Source: a virus. Taken from it: DNA of 64,000 nucleotides. Position 1 is the stretch's first letter; the number at the start of each line of letters is the position of its first letter. A program made the translations under genes and the position numbers. The stretch spans positions 1 through 64,000 of IMG/VR virus record IMGVR_UViG_3300025131_009739; one strand, 5' to 3'. Shown here piece by piece: positions 46,724 to 57,200 of the stretch. The notes under the pieces are model-generated. The model saw only the letters and a program-made list of their open reading frames with translations, was not told the origin of the DNA and did no database searches.

Positions 46724-48662
46724 CCTTTAACTCCAATTCTGCAATCAAATTTCGAACCTGATGGTTGACTTCAAATAGTTTCACTTCCTCATTATAAGTA
46801 GTATCTTTTTCTTCAGTTAGCCCTCTTCCCAGCGTTAATAAGTCTGAGGCCCCGGGGTATATATTTCTCTTTGTATTTTTGCCTGTTTCATAAGCAAATT
46901 GAGATCTCATGTTGCTTCTTCTAGCTGCTCTTTTTCTCCCGTCATCCGTTACGGGTTTATACCACTTTCCTTTTGATTTAGAAGTTGTAGTTTTACCATC
47001 TTTCCTTCTTTTTGCCTTATACCAATCTTCATCACGTTTAGCCGGAGGGGTCAAAAGAGCTGTTTCGGCTTCTTCGGCCGGGGCCGCTTCTCCCCCAAGT
47101 TCTTCACCACCTAATTCCTCACCACCTAATTCCTCACCTCCGAGTTCTCCTCCAAGCTCTCCTCCAAGTTCTCCTCCAAGCTCTGCGCCGCCTAGGCCAG
47201 CTTCGTCTCCAGCAGCTTCTTCCCCGACGCCTTCGAGTGAAGCTTCAAACTTGCGATCATAAAATAGCTCTCGTTGATTCCTCTGGAACTCTTCGTCAGA
47301 AAGATTAAATACATTCTTAGCGACCCAGCGCTTGCTAAAAAATCCTTCTGTAGCAGAATTAGCTGTATCAAACTTTGTTTTCCAGTTCTCAAGCTCTTGA
47401 AGTTCAGCAATTTTAGACGGATTATTCAGACTTAACTTGAAAGAAACCAAATCTTCATTTCTAAAACCTAAAGTAAACAAATGAACAATGCCAATTTTTT
47501 CTAACTCTGAAACGATTGACCTTTGAAGTCTTTGGATTGTCCTTGCAAAACGAATATCTTTTTGGGCAAGAGTTGTTTTGTCTTCCTCCGCTCCTTCTCC
47601 TCTGAAAAGATAAGCCTGCGGGATCTTAAGTGCTGCAAATAATTTATCTTTTAAATATTTGACATCATCAATGTCTCCGGTATAAGAGCCGCCTGCGACT
47701 GTTTCAATCTTTGTTCCCGTTTCACCTCCTCGAACAGGGATAAAATAGTCTTCTTCTATGCTCAAAGGATTATAACGTAAATCAACACGACCAGTACTAG
47801 AATCAACAACTTGGTTACGCTTCATTTGCGTCATGGCCTTTTGCATGAACTGTTCGACATCTTGTGCTGGAATGCTCCCAACATCAATATAAAAAGCTCT
47901 TCTTTCCGGGGCCCTAACAATTCTATATGCCATCATAGCATCTTCCAAAAGAATTAACTGGCGCCAAATTCTTCTTGCCGGCTCCAAAACGCTTGTACCA
48001 TAAGGAGCATACTTATCATTTCCAAGTACACGAAAATGAGCAACTTGCCAATTTTCTAAAGTTAATCCTGCAGAGTTCCATTGATATTGAATATAATTTG
48101 GATTCTCGGGATCTAATCCTTCTAGTCTTTCAACTTCGGAATTGGGGATTCCAATTGCATTTCTAACTCCAAGCTCTTCATCGATATCTATATACAATAT
48201 ATAGTCACCGAACTTACACATTGTTCTGGCCCAGCCAAAAAGATTAAATTCAAGATTAAGAGTTTTGCGATAAAGGCTATCAAGAATATTTTTTATTTCT
48301 TCATTTGGACACCGTATTGTTAAAAGTGATTGTAGTTCGCTCGAAGTTGTCATTTCGTCAGCATACACATCCATAGCAGAAGCTATAATTGGTTCATATT
48401 CCATTTGTTCAAAATCTGCATATCTTTCAATGCGATTTTGATTTGCCATTATGTTAGCGGTAAGATTTTCAAACGGATCATATGATGTCTTTTTGAACTG
48501 TTTGCCGGCGGCCGATTGAAATTTGTATTTATCTAAATTTCTTCTCTTGTCCTTTTTTGGGGATTCCCTACGATAATTAATAATAGGGCCTGATAACAAC
48601 CTTGTTAGTCTTTTAAATAATCCTGATTCTGGATTTCTTGGATTGTTTGTTTTTTTAGCCAT
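46692..48662 (-). CDS. Portal protein (gp20-like)
   Basis: EDAMMAYRIVRAPERRAFYIDVG, EDYFIPVRG, IDDVKYL..KLFAALKIP, DIRFARTIQRLQ. Confidence 0.95.
   Translation of the reverse strand: MAKKTNNPRNPESGLFKRLTRLLSGPIINYRRESPKKDKRRNLDKYKFQSAAGKQFKKTSYDPFENLTANIMANQNRIERYADFEQMEYEPIIASAMDVYADEMTTSSELQSLLTIRCPNEEIKNILDSLYRKTLNLEFNLFGWARTMCKFGDYILYIDIDEELGVRNAIGIPNSEVERLEGLDPENPNYIQYQWNSAGLTLENWQVAHFRVLGNDKYAPYGTSVLEPARRIWRQLILLEDAMMAYRIVRAPERRAFYIDVGSIPAQDVEQFMQKAMTQMKRNQVVDSSTGRVDLRYNPLSIEEDYFIPVRGGETGTKIETVAGGSYTGDIDDVKYLKDKLFAALKIPQAYLFRGEGAEEDKTTLAQKDIRFARTIQRLQRSIVSELEKIGIVHLFTLGFRNEDLVSFKLSLNNPSKIAELQELENWKTKFDTANSATEGFFSKRWVAKNVFNLSDEEFQRNQRELFYDRKFEASLEGVGEEAAGDEAGLGGAELGGELGGELGGELGGEELGGEELGGEELGGEAAPAEEAETALLTPPAKRDEDWYKAKRRKDGKTTTSKSKGKWYKPVTDDGRKRAARRSNMRSQFAYETGKNTKRNIYPGASDLLTLGRGLTEEKDTTYNEEVKLFEVNHQVRNLIAELELKDDETKTQQEA
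47091..47192 (-). repeat. Coding tandem repeat GGEL/GGEEL in the portal C-terminal tail
   Basis: LGGAELGGELGGELGGELGGEELGGEELGGEELGGE; 12- and 15-bp DNA units. Confidence 0.85.
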
Positions 48663-48670
48663 ACTCTTGT

Positions 48671-50245
48671 TTATCCTTTAAGAAGCCATAAGAATTCTTT
48701 ATTCTTATTTTTTTCATCTGTAGTTCTTATTGGTTTGTGTCCTTGCATTCCTGGAATAGTTGTGTTTATAACACTATCAGACTTGAACATTGCGCTTAAA
48801 CATGCCTTTTGATAGTCTATTTTCTTTTGATTCTCCACAAATACAGTATCTTTAATCCAACAACCCATCGCAAAAGACATAACTAAATCATCATTTCCAG
48901 CTCTCATAGCTTGTGCCTTTCCGTTGTTCCAAATAAAAGTCTTGAATTCATTATAAAGTCTAGACGAATACGTTATAATTAGCTTGTTCCTCACAAATTC
49001 CTCCATTTTTGCAACAATGATTGGTCTTGTTTTTAAAGAGGTGGTAAATCCTGCAACACTATTCGATCTATATTCTGCAGTTAACTGATCAACATATTCA
49101 TGAGTAGATTTAATTGAGTAATAAATGTTTGGATAATCTATATCCTTGAGTTTATCTAAGACAGCGAAACCAACTGAGTTGTTTTCAACCACCAACAAGC
49201 AAGATCCATATTCTTTTCCTGCATCAGAGAGTATATTTGCGAATATATCCGGAGCTACTTTTCCTTGATATTCTGCGACCACTTCAGATGTTTCTAATTT
49301 GAAAACATGAAAAACTGAATAATCCTGGCCATCGCCGCGTGCGACATCGGCTGCTAGCATATATGTGTTTTCTGGCTTGTATTCTTCCCAGATCCAAAAA
49401 TTTCTATCAAAACCAGTTCTATATTTTGGCTCTTTAATATTCTGTTCAATATATTTTATGTCATCCGGGTGCAAAACAGTTTCGCCAGAAGTGTTAAAGT
49501 TGCATTCCAGCTCTTGTGCGATCTGTCTAATTGACATATTTTTGGTTTCTTTATCGAACCAACCTTGATCTCGATCAGGGTGTTCGTCCCACATTAATTT
49601 TATTGGATGAAAATCATTTCTTCTTGCCTCGGCATCAATATATGTTTTATAGAACCATCCTCCAACGCCATTTGGAGTGCTTAGCGAAATACAACGACCA
49701 CCAGTTGAAATCGTAGGATAAAGCCCCGTCCATAACTCTTCAAGGCCGTCGACATGGGCGGCTTCATCGATAACTAACAAAGATAGTGCTTCTGAACGGC
49801 CGGCATCCCCAGAAGTTGACGAAGCCTTGATCTGTGATCCGTTACATAATTCGAAGCTTGTTCTATTATCGACAACAACTTTAGTTATTTGCATCCAAAT
49901 TGGAAGACGTTTAATAATAGATTTGACTTTTTTTACAAGATTCCCTGCCGTGCTAAACTTTGTAGCCATGACAAGAATATTTTTGTCACGATGAAACATC
50001 ATCATCCAAACAACATATGCTGCTGTAATTGTGGATATACCAAGTTGGCGTGCTTTTAAAATAACATTAAAACGATAATCATTAAAATCATTAATAAGAT
50101 CTTTCTGATAATGATATAACTTAAAAGGAATCAACCCTTTCATTGGGTGAGAAATCTTACAATAGTTGTTTATAAAATAAACTGGATCCTTACCACTTTT
50201 AAGGACCTCTTTTGTGACTTCTTTTTTTGTTAACTGATAAGACAT
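48671..50245 (-). CDS. Terminase large subunit (gp17-like)
   Basis: LKARQLGIST, LLVIDEAA, STPNG, QELEC.F, AADVARGDGQDYS, NDDLVMS. Confidence 0.95.
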   Translation of the reverse strand: MSYQLTKKEVTKEVLKSGKDPVYFINNYCKISHPMKGLIPFKLYHYQKDLINDFNDYRFNVILKARQLGISTITAAYVVWMMMFHRDKNILVMATKFSTAGNLVKKVKSIIKRLPIWMQITKVVVDNRTSFELCNGSQIKASSTSGDAGRSEALSLLVIDEAAHVDGLEELWTGLYPTISTGGRCISLSTPNGVGGWFYKTYIDAEARRNDFHPIKLMWDEHPDRDQGWFDKETKNMSIRQIAQELECNFNTSGETVLHPDDIKYIEQNIKEPKYRTGFDRNFWIWEEYKPENTYMLAADVARGDGQDYSVFHVFKLETSEVVAEYQGKVAPDIFANILSDAGKEYGSCLLVVENNSVGFAVLDKLKDIDYPNIYYSIKSTHEYVDQLTAEYRSNSVAGFTTSLKTRPIIVAKMEEFVRNKLIITYSSRLYNEFKTFIWNNGKAQAMRAGNDDLVMSFAMGCWIKDTVFVENQKKIDYQKACLSAMFKSDSVINTTIPGMQGHKPIRTTDEKNKNKEFLWLLKG

Positions 50246-50255
50246 TCATCCCTTA

Positions 50256-50807
50256 TCATTGCTCTTTTTTTCTGGTGACGTTTTTTGGCTTTGGTCCGTT
50301 GCCAAGAGAGATCCACTTTTTAACTGCGTCGTCAAGCCTGTCTTTGTCGCTTTCGGCGCATAGCGGTTCGACTCCCTTAAGCCCGCCAATTTTATAAAAT
50401 TGTTTTGCCTGAACCCAAGTTCTAATGTTGCTCATGTGTTGAACCAAAATATTTGATTCGCCTTCTTTTGTAAGAGATAAGGAGTTATTTGTTATTGATT
50501 TATACTCTTTTTGCAAATACTTTTTAATATTGTTGAGCATGGTATTAATTTCACCTTCAAATTTGTTCCTGTTGTGAACTTCTTTTAATTTGGTTTCTCC
50601 ATGATATTCAATACAAAGCGAATCGCCATAATATTTAACATTGAAGCCGTCCATAACTCTTGAATCAAGGATAGGGTTTCCTTCTTCTCTTTTAAGCCCT
50701 ACTTTTCTAACCTTGCCATCATGAGAATATTCTTCAATGTGAGAACCGTCATAAGCATTTGCTGCGGCTTGCGAAATACCTTGAATTATGTCTAAAACAG
50801 TGGCCAT
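50256..50807 (-). CDS. Hypothetical protein
   Basis: 183-aa ORF directly upstream of the terminase gene. Confidence 0.72.
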   Translation of the reverse strand: MATVLDIIQGISQAAANAYDGSHIEEYSHDGKVRKVGLKREEGNPILDSRVMDGFNVKYYGDSLCIEYHGETKLKEVHNRNKFEGEINTMLNNIKKYLQKEYKSITNNSLSLTKEGESNILVQHMSNIRTWVQAKQFYKIGGLKGVEPLCAESDKDRLDDAVKKWISLGNGPKPKNVTRKKEQ

Positions 50808-51201
50808 TATTTATCTCCTATATTTGGTCTCCAGCCAGATTCCCAACGTTCTTCTCTTTCATCAACATACTGAAGAAAACATTTAAAACAACAATCATAT
50901 TTATTCATGTATATGTCATCCTTAATGTTGAAAGAGTAAATATCACAAACCGGACAGGTTCTATTACTTCTCTTTGTAATTAGTTTCTTGCTAATCAAAA
51001 ACCCGTCTTTTTCTATCTTTTCAGTCTTGTCTTTGCTCTTGCGTTGTTTTTTTGCAAATTCTTCAGCTTGTTCAATATATTTCTTTTCTTTTTCATCGTT
51101 CCAATTGCTTCGTGGATGACTTACTGCTTCCTTGCCATATTTTTTTTCAATGGCTTGTTCAACTTTTGCTACGTAGTTGGGATCTTTGTTTTTTTTTTCA
51201 T
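50807..51201 (-). CDS. Zn-finger hypothetical protein of about 130 aa; start ATG out of frame across an A10 tract
   Basis: Open frame KDPNYVAKVEQAIEKKYG...CPVC...CCFKC...GWRP extends well upstream of the listed TTG; ATG at 51201 is one base out of frame. Confidence 0.65.
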
Positions 51202-51219
51202 TATTATAACAAAGCTTTA

Positions 51220-51426
51220 TTAGCTTTTGTCTTCAGTTTCTTCAGTTTCCTGAACAGGTTCATCCTGTGAGGGGGATCTATCAGAAAATAGTTTAACCGC
51301 CTGGGAAAGAAGCGCAGCTTCTTCTAAGTTATAAGCACCTCTTTTTTGAGCTAGTTCAACACCTTGTACTAGCATACTAAGAGCTTGATTAGCAGTTTCT
51401 ATTTGTTGTTCCTGTTTGTCTGTCAT
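51220..51426 (-). CDS. Small hypothetical protein
   Basis: 68 aa, VELAQKRGAYNLEEA; AGGAG RBS; possible TTAACA-16-TATAAT promoter at about 51462-51489. Confidence 0.72.
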   Translation of the reverse strand: MTDKQEQQIETANQALSMLVQGVELAQKRGAYNLEEAALLSQAVKLFSDRSPSQDEPVQETEETEDKS

Positions 51427-51492
51427 GTTATAAATCTCCTATTATTACAAGCACACTCATAATTATAACAAATTATGGGCGTTTGTTAAGCA

Positions 51493-54177
51493 TTAAAAGC
51501 TAGCGCCATAAAGCTTGATAACAAATTTACCAGCGTTATAAGTGCCACCAGAATTTGCACCAGTGCCATTAGCAAGATATACGTAATGCGAATTCGCAGA
51601 AAGAGCAGAACAGTCTAGTCCAGCTGCGCTCGAGCGCGTCATACCTACAGTCCAAGCTGCAGTGGCGGGAATGAGTGCAACTTCAGTTGTGCCGCTGTCG
51701 TATAAAGCATCTTCTGCCAAGGAGTTAGAGCTTGTAACCAAATCAATATCAACTGCGGCATTGTCATCTGCGCTGTCGGGCACTTCAATACAAGACATTT
51801 CTGCTTTGTAAATAACACCATTGACGGCCGTGGTAATTCTTGTTAAATAAGCTGCAGCTACATCATTTTCTCCAATAACATCTTTAAGGGTGCCTGAATC
51901 AACAATGCTCCCAGCGCCAATGTCAACTAATATAGTTGTTACAATTTCGCCATTAACTCTGGCTACGTGTAAAGTTGGCGAAACAGCGTCAAAGCCGCCG
52001 CCAGTAGCAGTTGCAGTTGCTGTATTCATCTTAATTTCAGGATAATCTGGTCCATTTTGCGTGTCTCTGCCGCCAAGAGTTAAAATAGATAGCATCGAAG
52101 GATCATTCGCAACTTGGAATGTGATTTCCCCGCATTCATCGCCGTTCACGATATCGGTTGATTTTACTTGTATCTTTGCATAAGTATCTGAACTTCCGGC
52201 GCCATCTGCACCAGTCCAGGTAATATTGCCCAGAACATCGTCGGCGGCGACTATGCGGTCATATGAACCGCCCCAACCGCGAGTTTTAGCAAAAGTTAAA
52301 TGTGGTCCAGTTGCATCGTTTGCACCGTTGCTGACATAAATTTCTGGCTTCTCTGTTGTTTCACCTGATGATATAACCCAGAAAGTGCTAGCTTTTGTAT
52401 CGAGAACTGGAGAACTATAATCAGTGTTGTACCCCAAAGTGAAGTCTGAGTCGTTCCCGAAGATAATATTTTTTGCGTCTGCAGTTGATATATCACCAGT
52501 AAACGAGGACTTGCCATCATCATCTATTGTAAGTCTTACTGTAGGCGCGCCGGCATCATCAGCGTCTGATGTGGCAAAAACAATTTTACCGGGGGAGGAA
52601 TCAGCATCTGACACGGCATCATTCGCGAATTCGATATAAGAAGACAGGGTGGCGCCGTCGTCGTCATCGACTCCATAAGCTTCAATACGGCCTAATATTT
52701 CACCAGCAGTAGTGTGATCGCCGCCTGTAAAAGTATTGATTGCGCCAGTACCAGCTTTTTGAAACTTGAGGACGCCGGCATGAGCTGCTGTGGCAGTAGC
52801 AGACCATGCGCTTAATTCAAGAGAAGGTTGTCCAGAGACTTTACTAATTTCAAGCGTAGAGCCCGGGGCTGGATTTCCAATACCAATACTACCATCGCTA
52901 CCTTGAAGGAAAAAAGCATGTGTATTGATATTAGACTCAACGCGAAAGTTACAGTCAATGCTCGAGTCGTTAACAGTAACTTCACAAGCTGAAGAATTTG
53001 CAACGTCTTCGCCACCAATGCTAAGAAGGTTCATAAGCTGCGCCGCTCCGGCAGTTCCGGCAGCCATGACATGAAATTTAAGTTGACCACCTTCGTCGTT
53101 GTCGGTCACATCACTAGAAGTTGCTATTATTTGAGCAAAGACTGCTTCCGCGTTGTTGCTTTTGTCGCCGGAGAACTTAATTGTCCCGAGAATGTCATCA
53201 TCGTCTTCTCCAGCGCCGTTATCTAGTATGAAGTGAAGAGTTGGCCCATGGGCCAAATCACCCACAGTTTTAAGAGTTAACACTGGTTCGGCGTGCGCGT
53301 CGGTTTCCTGAGTCAAGGTAAGGCCTGAATCATGGTCATGAGTCAAAATAATGTCGCTGTCGGCTCCAAACTTAATCGAGGCGCCATCAGTAGTAAGAGA
53401 CAAATCTCCAGCGCTGGAAAGAGCCATTTTTTCTGCTGCAGTTTCTGATGCAGCTGTTTTGAAACTTAGCTTAGCGGCGTTGTTGTCGGCAGCATGTGCA
53501 GCCGTCGCGACAGCTTCAATACCAGCACATACCAAAGTTGCGTCTCCGGCGCTGTCGTCGCCACCCTTGAAATCAATTGCTCCAATAACTTCTCCGTCGA
53601 GGATCTCGTCTTCTTCGGACTTAAGAGTTAATTTAATAGGAGTGTTATCTGCTGTGGCGGTATGCGTTAAAATAAGCCCTGTGTTATGTTCATGAGTTAA
53701 AGTTATTTCCTTGCTGGCGCCAAACCAGATTTCGACGGCATCTGCAGCGAGACCAAGATGGCCAGCACTTGTTAGTCGCATTTTTTCAGTTGCAGTCTCA
53801 GACTCTCCAGTCAAGAAGCTCAAATACGTTTCGTTGATTGTTGAAGTAAATTGCCTCTCCGCTACAGCCTCGATTCCTGCCGCCACCAGAATGGAGTCGC
53901 CTTCAGCGGATGCATCTGGCGCCTGGAAGTGTATGGCGCCAAGCTTCTCGCCGGCAGATTGAATGGTGTCGTCGGACTGGAATGTAAGAGTGGGATATCC
54001 GGCGGTTCCGCCATGTTTTTTCAAATTTAAACCATAGTCGTTTACGTGAACAAGTTTAATTTCTTTATCGGCACCAAACTTGATTTCAGATGAATCTGAT
54101 GCGAGAGCAATGTTGTCTTCGATATTGATGTCGGTAGAGGACACGGCGCCGATATTTGTTACATAGAGTGTACTCAT
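51493..54177 (-). CDS. Tail fibre-like protein with repeated beta modules
   Basis: 894 aa; repeated FGADxxIxLTH and LGxIxF.G modules. Confidence 0.75.
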   Translation of the reverse strand: MSTLYVTNIGAVSSTDINIEDNIALASDSSEIKFGADKEIKLVHVNDYGLNLKKHGGTAGYPTLTFQSDDTIQSAGEKLGAIHFQAPDASAEGDSILVAAGIEAVAERQFTSTINETYLSFLTGESETATEKMRLTSAGHLGLAADAVEIWFGASKEITLTHEHNTGLILTHTATADNTPIKLTLKSEEDEILDGEVIGAIDFKGGDDSAGDATLVCAGIEAVATAAHAADNNAAKLSFKTAASETAAEKMALSSAGDLSLTTDGASIKFGADSDIILTHDHDSGLTLTQETDAHAEPVLTLKTVGDLAHGPTLHFILDNGAGEDDDDILGTIKFSGDKSNNAEAVFAQIIATSSDVTDNDEGGQLKFHVMAAGTAGAAQLMNLLSIGGEDVANSSACEVTVNDSSIDCNFRVESNINTHAFFLQGSDGSIGIGNPAPGSTLEISKVSGQPSLELSAWSATATAAHAGVLKFQKAGTGAINTFTGGDHTTAGEILGRIEAYGVDDDDGATLSSYIEFANDAVSDADSSPGKIVFATSDADDAGAPTVRLTIDDDGKSSFTGDISTADAKNIIFGNDSDFTLGYNTDYSSPVLDTKASTFWVISSGETTEKPEIYVSNGANDATGPHLTFAKTRGWGGSYDRIVAADDVLGNITWTGADGAGSSDTYAKIQVKSTDIVNGDECGEITFQVANDPSMLSILTLGGRDTQNGPDYPEIKMNTATATATGGGFDAVSPTLHVARVNGEIVTTILVDIGAGSIVDSGTLKDVIGENDVAAAYLTRITTAVNGVIYKAEMSCIEVPDSADDNAAVDIDLVTSSNSLAEDALYDSGTTEVALIPATAAWTVGMTRSSAAGLDCSALSANSHYVYLANGTGANSGGTYNAGKFVIKLYGASF

Positions 54178-54190
54178 ATTTATCCTTCCT

Positions 54191-54238
54191 TAAATAGTAT
54201 TATATATAAATAGTATTATATATAAATAGTATTATATA
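54191..54238. repeat. Three perfect 16-bp tandem repeats TAAATAGTATTATATA, each containing the late motif
   Basis: Copies start at 54191, 54207 and 54223, between two fibre genes. Confidence 0.92.
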
Positions 54239-54247
54239 TAAGTATCT

Positions 54248-57200
54248 TCACTGCCATTTATTCTGCCCCGGCGAATAGGGGTTATAACTAAAAGCGTCTA
54301 CAAAATCTATAATCTTTACATTGCAGTCATCGCTAATAGTCACCGTTTTTTCGCTTCCAACTGTAATTGGTCCAATTAAAACAGCATTGTGATTTGCTGG
54401 CAAAACCGCTGTATCTAGGGTTTGGCGATTAGCTATAATAGATCCTGCAACCGTACTCGCCTCCAGGATCCCATTGATATCAATTGTTGTGGCAGTTAGA
54501 TCGATTTCATCAGTTGCTCCAATAGAAAGCACAGTCGCGGAGGAACCATGAATAAATTGTGATGCATCGTTAAACTCAATCTTATTGGTAGAGGCCATTA
54601 ATAGCGAATCAGCAGAGCCATCAATTCTAAAGATCTCTGTTCCGCCGGTGTCTTTGACAATTAGATCATCTGTAGCTGACATATCGAACGTTGCATGCGT
54701 TGTACCGGCCTTCTTTAAGTTGACTAAATCTCCACCAGCATCAATGTGAACATCATCACTAGCATCAAGAATAATGTCGCCGCCACCTACAGCAATTGTC
54801 ATATCAGTCCCATCAGAAGAGATTTTGTCGGCCTGGCCAGTTCCATCGAATGTTAATGGAATGTTAGCAGGGATCTCAACAAATGCTGCAGCTGTCAATT
54901 TGATGTCTGCGCCAGAAGTAATGGTAAGATCCGTATTATCACCTTCAATCTTTTCACCAGTGCCAAAAGTTATACCTACGTCGGCAGGAACGACAACATC
55001 TTCAACTGCTGTCAAATTAATGTTATTACCAGAAATAGTGAGATCGGTTCCGTCGCCTTCAATTTTTTCACCGTCGTTGCCGAAAGTCAGACCGATATCA
55101 GCAGGAATGTTTATGTCTCCGCTAGAGCCAACAGTAATTGTCAGGTCGGTGCCGTCTGACTCAATCTTTTCGGTAGTTGCAAAAGTCAGGCCGACACCGG
55201 AAGGGATGTTAACGTCATCGACCGCCGTTAAATTAATGTTATTACCAGAAATCGTTAGATCAGTTCCATCACCTTCAATCTTCTCGCCGTCGTCTCCGAA
55301 CGTGAGGCCAATATCAGCAGGAATGTTTATGTCTCCGTTCGAGCCAACAGTAATTGTCAGATCAGTACCATCCGACTCAATCTTCTCGGTAGTTGCAAAA
55401 GTCAAGCCAACACCTGAAGGAATGTTAACGTCCTCTACCGCCGTTAAATTAATGTTATTACCAGAAATCGTTAGATCAGTTCCATCACCTTCAATCTTCT
55501 CGCCGTCATTACCGAAGGTCAGACCGATATCGGCAGGAATGTTTATATCACCGCTAGCACCAACACTGATATTAATATCAGTTCCGTCAGACTCAATCTT
55601 CTCGTTTCCTGATCCATCCAGGACAAGTCCAACATTTACTGGGATGATAACATCATTTGTGGCGGTGAGGTTTAAATGCCTGCCTGACCCAATTGTCATA
55701 TCAGTACCATCAGATGAAATATGTTCGCCGCCTTGATCATAGAAATAAAGTTTTCTGTCATCTGCAATTCTTATGACTTCATTGCCATCATATTGTTTGA
55801 ATACAAGATCGTCACCATCAACTTTTAACTGAAAGAAGATCTCAAAGTTGGTGGTATCCATATCAAGCGCAAGCTGGGCTACGCCACCATCCATGAATGT
55901 CACATCACCGGTCCAGGAATCGATATCAATACCATAAAGAGCATCAAGTGTTATTTTATTGCCTGATGCTATTATAAGACCATTAGAGCCATCGCCGACA
56001 ATGTGCTCGCCTGAATCTTCGCCCCACTCAAGCTTGGAGGTGGCGCTATTAATTCTAATATCTCCCCCCGCACTAAGTATCAAATCTGTTCCGGTACCCT
56101 GAATCCATTCGTCCCCATCATCCTTAAATTTTAACTTAAGATCATCAGTAAATCGTACAACCTCAGTACCATCGTATTGCTTAATTACTAAATCTTTACC
56201 ATCAACCCCCTGCTTAATGACTCCCTCTCCAGAATTCTGATGGGAAAAATCTATTTGGCCGGCCGCACCTCCGAATTTTATTGTAACATTGTCACCATCA
56301 GCATCAAGGATGATATCGTACAAGGAGTCTAAAATGATGTTTCCGGCCATGTCGCCTGACCCATGGGCTGTTTGTAGCGTGATGCCCTTCAATCCGTCCA
56401 ATGTCAGATCCCCATTATTAGCATCGATTATGAGATCCCCCGCAGAACATGACCATGTTGCGCTTTCTGCAGAAGTAATAGTAACTGGAGAGCCAGCAAT
56501 AGTAGCCCCTTCGTCGCCGTCATGAGTAATTGTAAAATCGGCGTCGACGCCTAAAGAAATAAGAGAACTATCACTTGAAAGAGTCAGGTCATCACCAACA
56601 TTGATATCGCCATCTGAACTATAAATAACTGCTTTGCTATTCACAACAGTGCCGCCGGAAACGCCATCAAGCAAATTCAGTTCTTCGGGAGTGGAAGAAA
56701 CCGCTGTGGTACTAGCAGCAGCTAAGACAGGTAGACAATATGTACCGGCATCCATGGCTGGTAAATTAATTGTTGCATCAGCTGTGGGGTCAATGATTGC
56801 CAATGTCGTCTCGTGGGCGTTGGCAGTGGCTCCTTCGAAGACAAAAGCGTTTGTCACATCAATCGTCGTTTGGTTTATAGATGTTGTAGTGCCGTTGACA
56901 GTCAAATCGCCTGTTACCGTAAGATTGTCATTAACAGTGGTCTCAGAAGTGGTGTGGCCAATAGAGATTGGCACGTTAACCGTTGCAGTGCCAATAGTGA
57001 TACCGTTAGTAGTATTTGAACAATCAATATTGAAGGTGCTGGTAGAATCTAACGAAATAATACTTCCATCAGCAACCAAATTCGCCGTAATTTCGGTGTC
57101 ATTTGCGGTAGTGAATGTGCCGTCGACAACAAGATTATCACTAATATGAACGTTTCCATCGGTAATATCCAATGCGTTTTGACCATTTGTTCCAACAATT

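Noticed and set aside
54191-54238. CRISPR-like array
   Set aside because: Repeats are directly abutting 16-mers with no spacers, and no cas genes are present
54774-55736. 320-aa plus-strand ORF
   Set aside because: Antisense shadow of the repetitive fibre gene; no RBS or independent protein features
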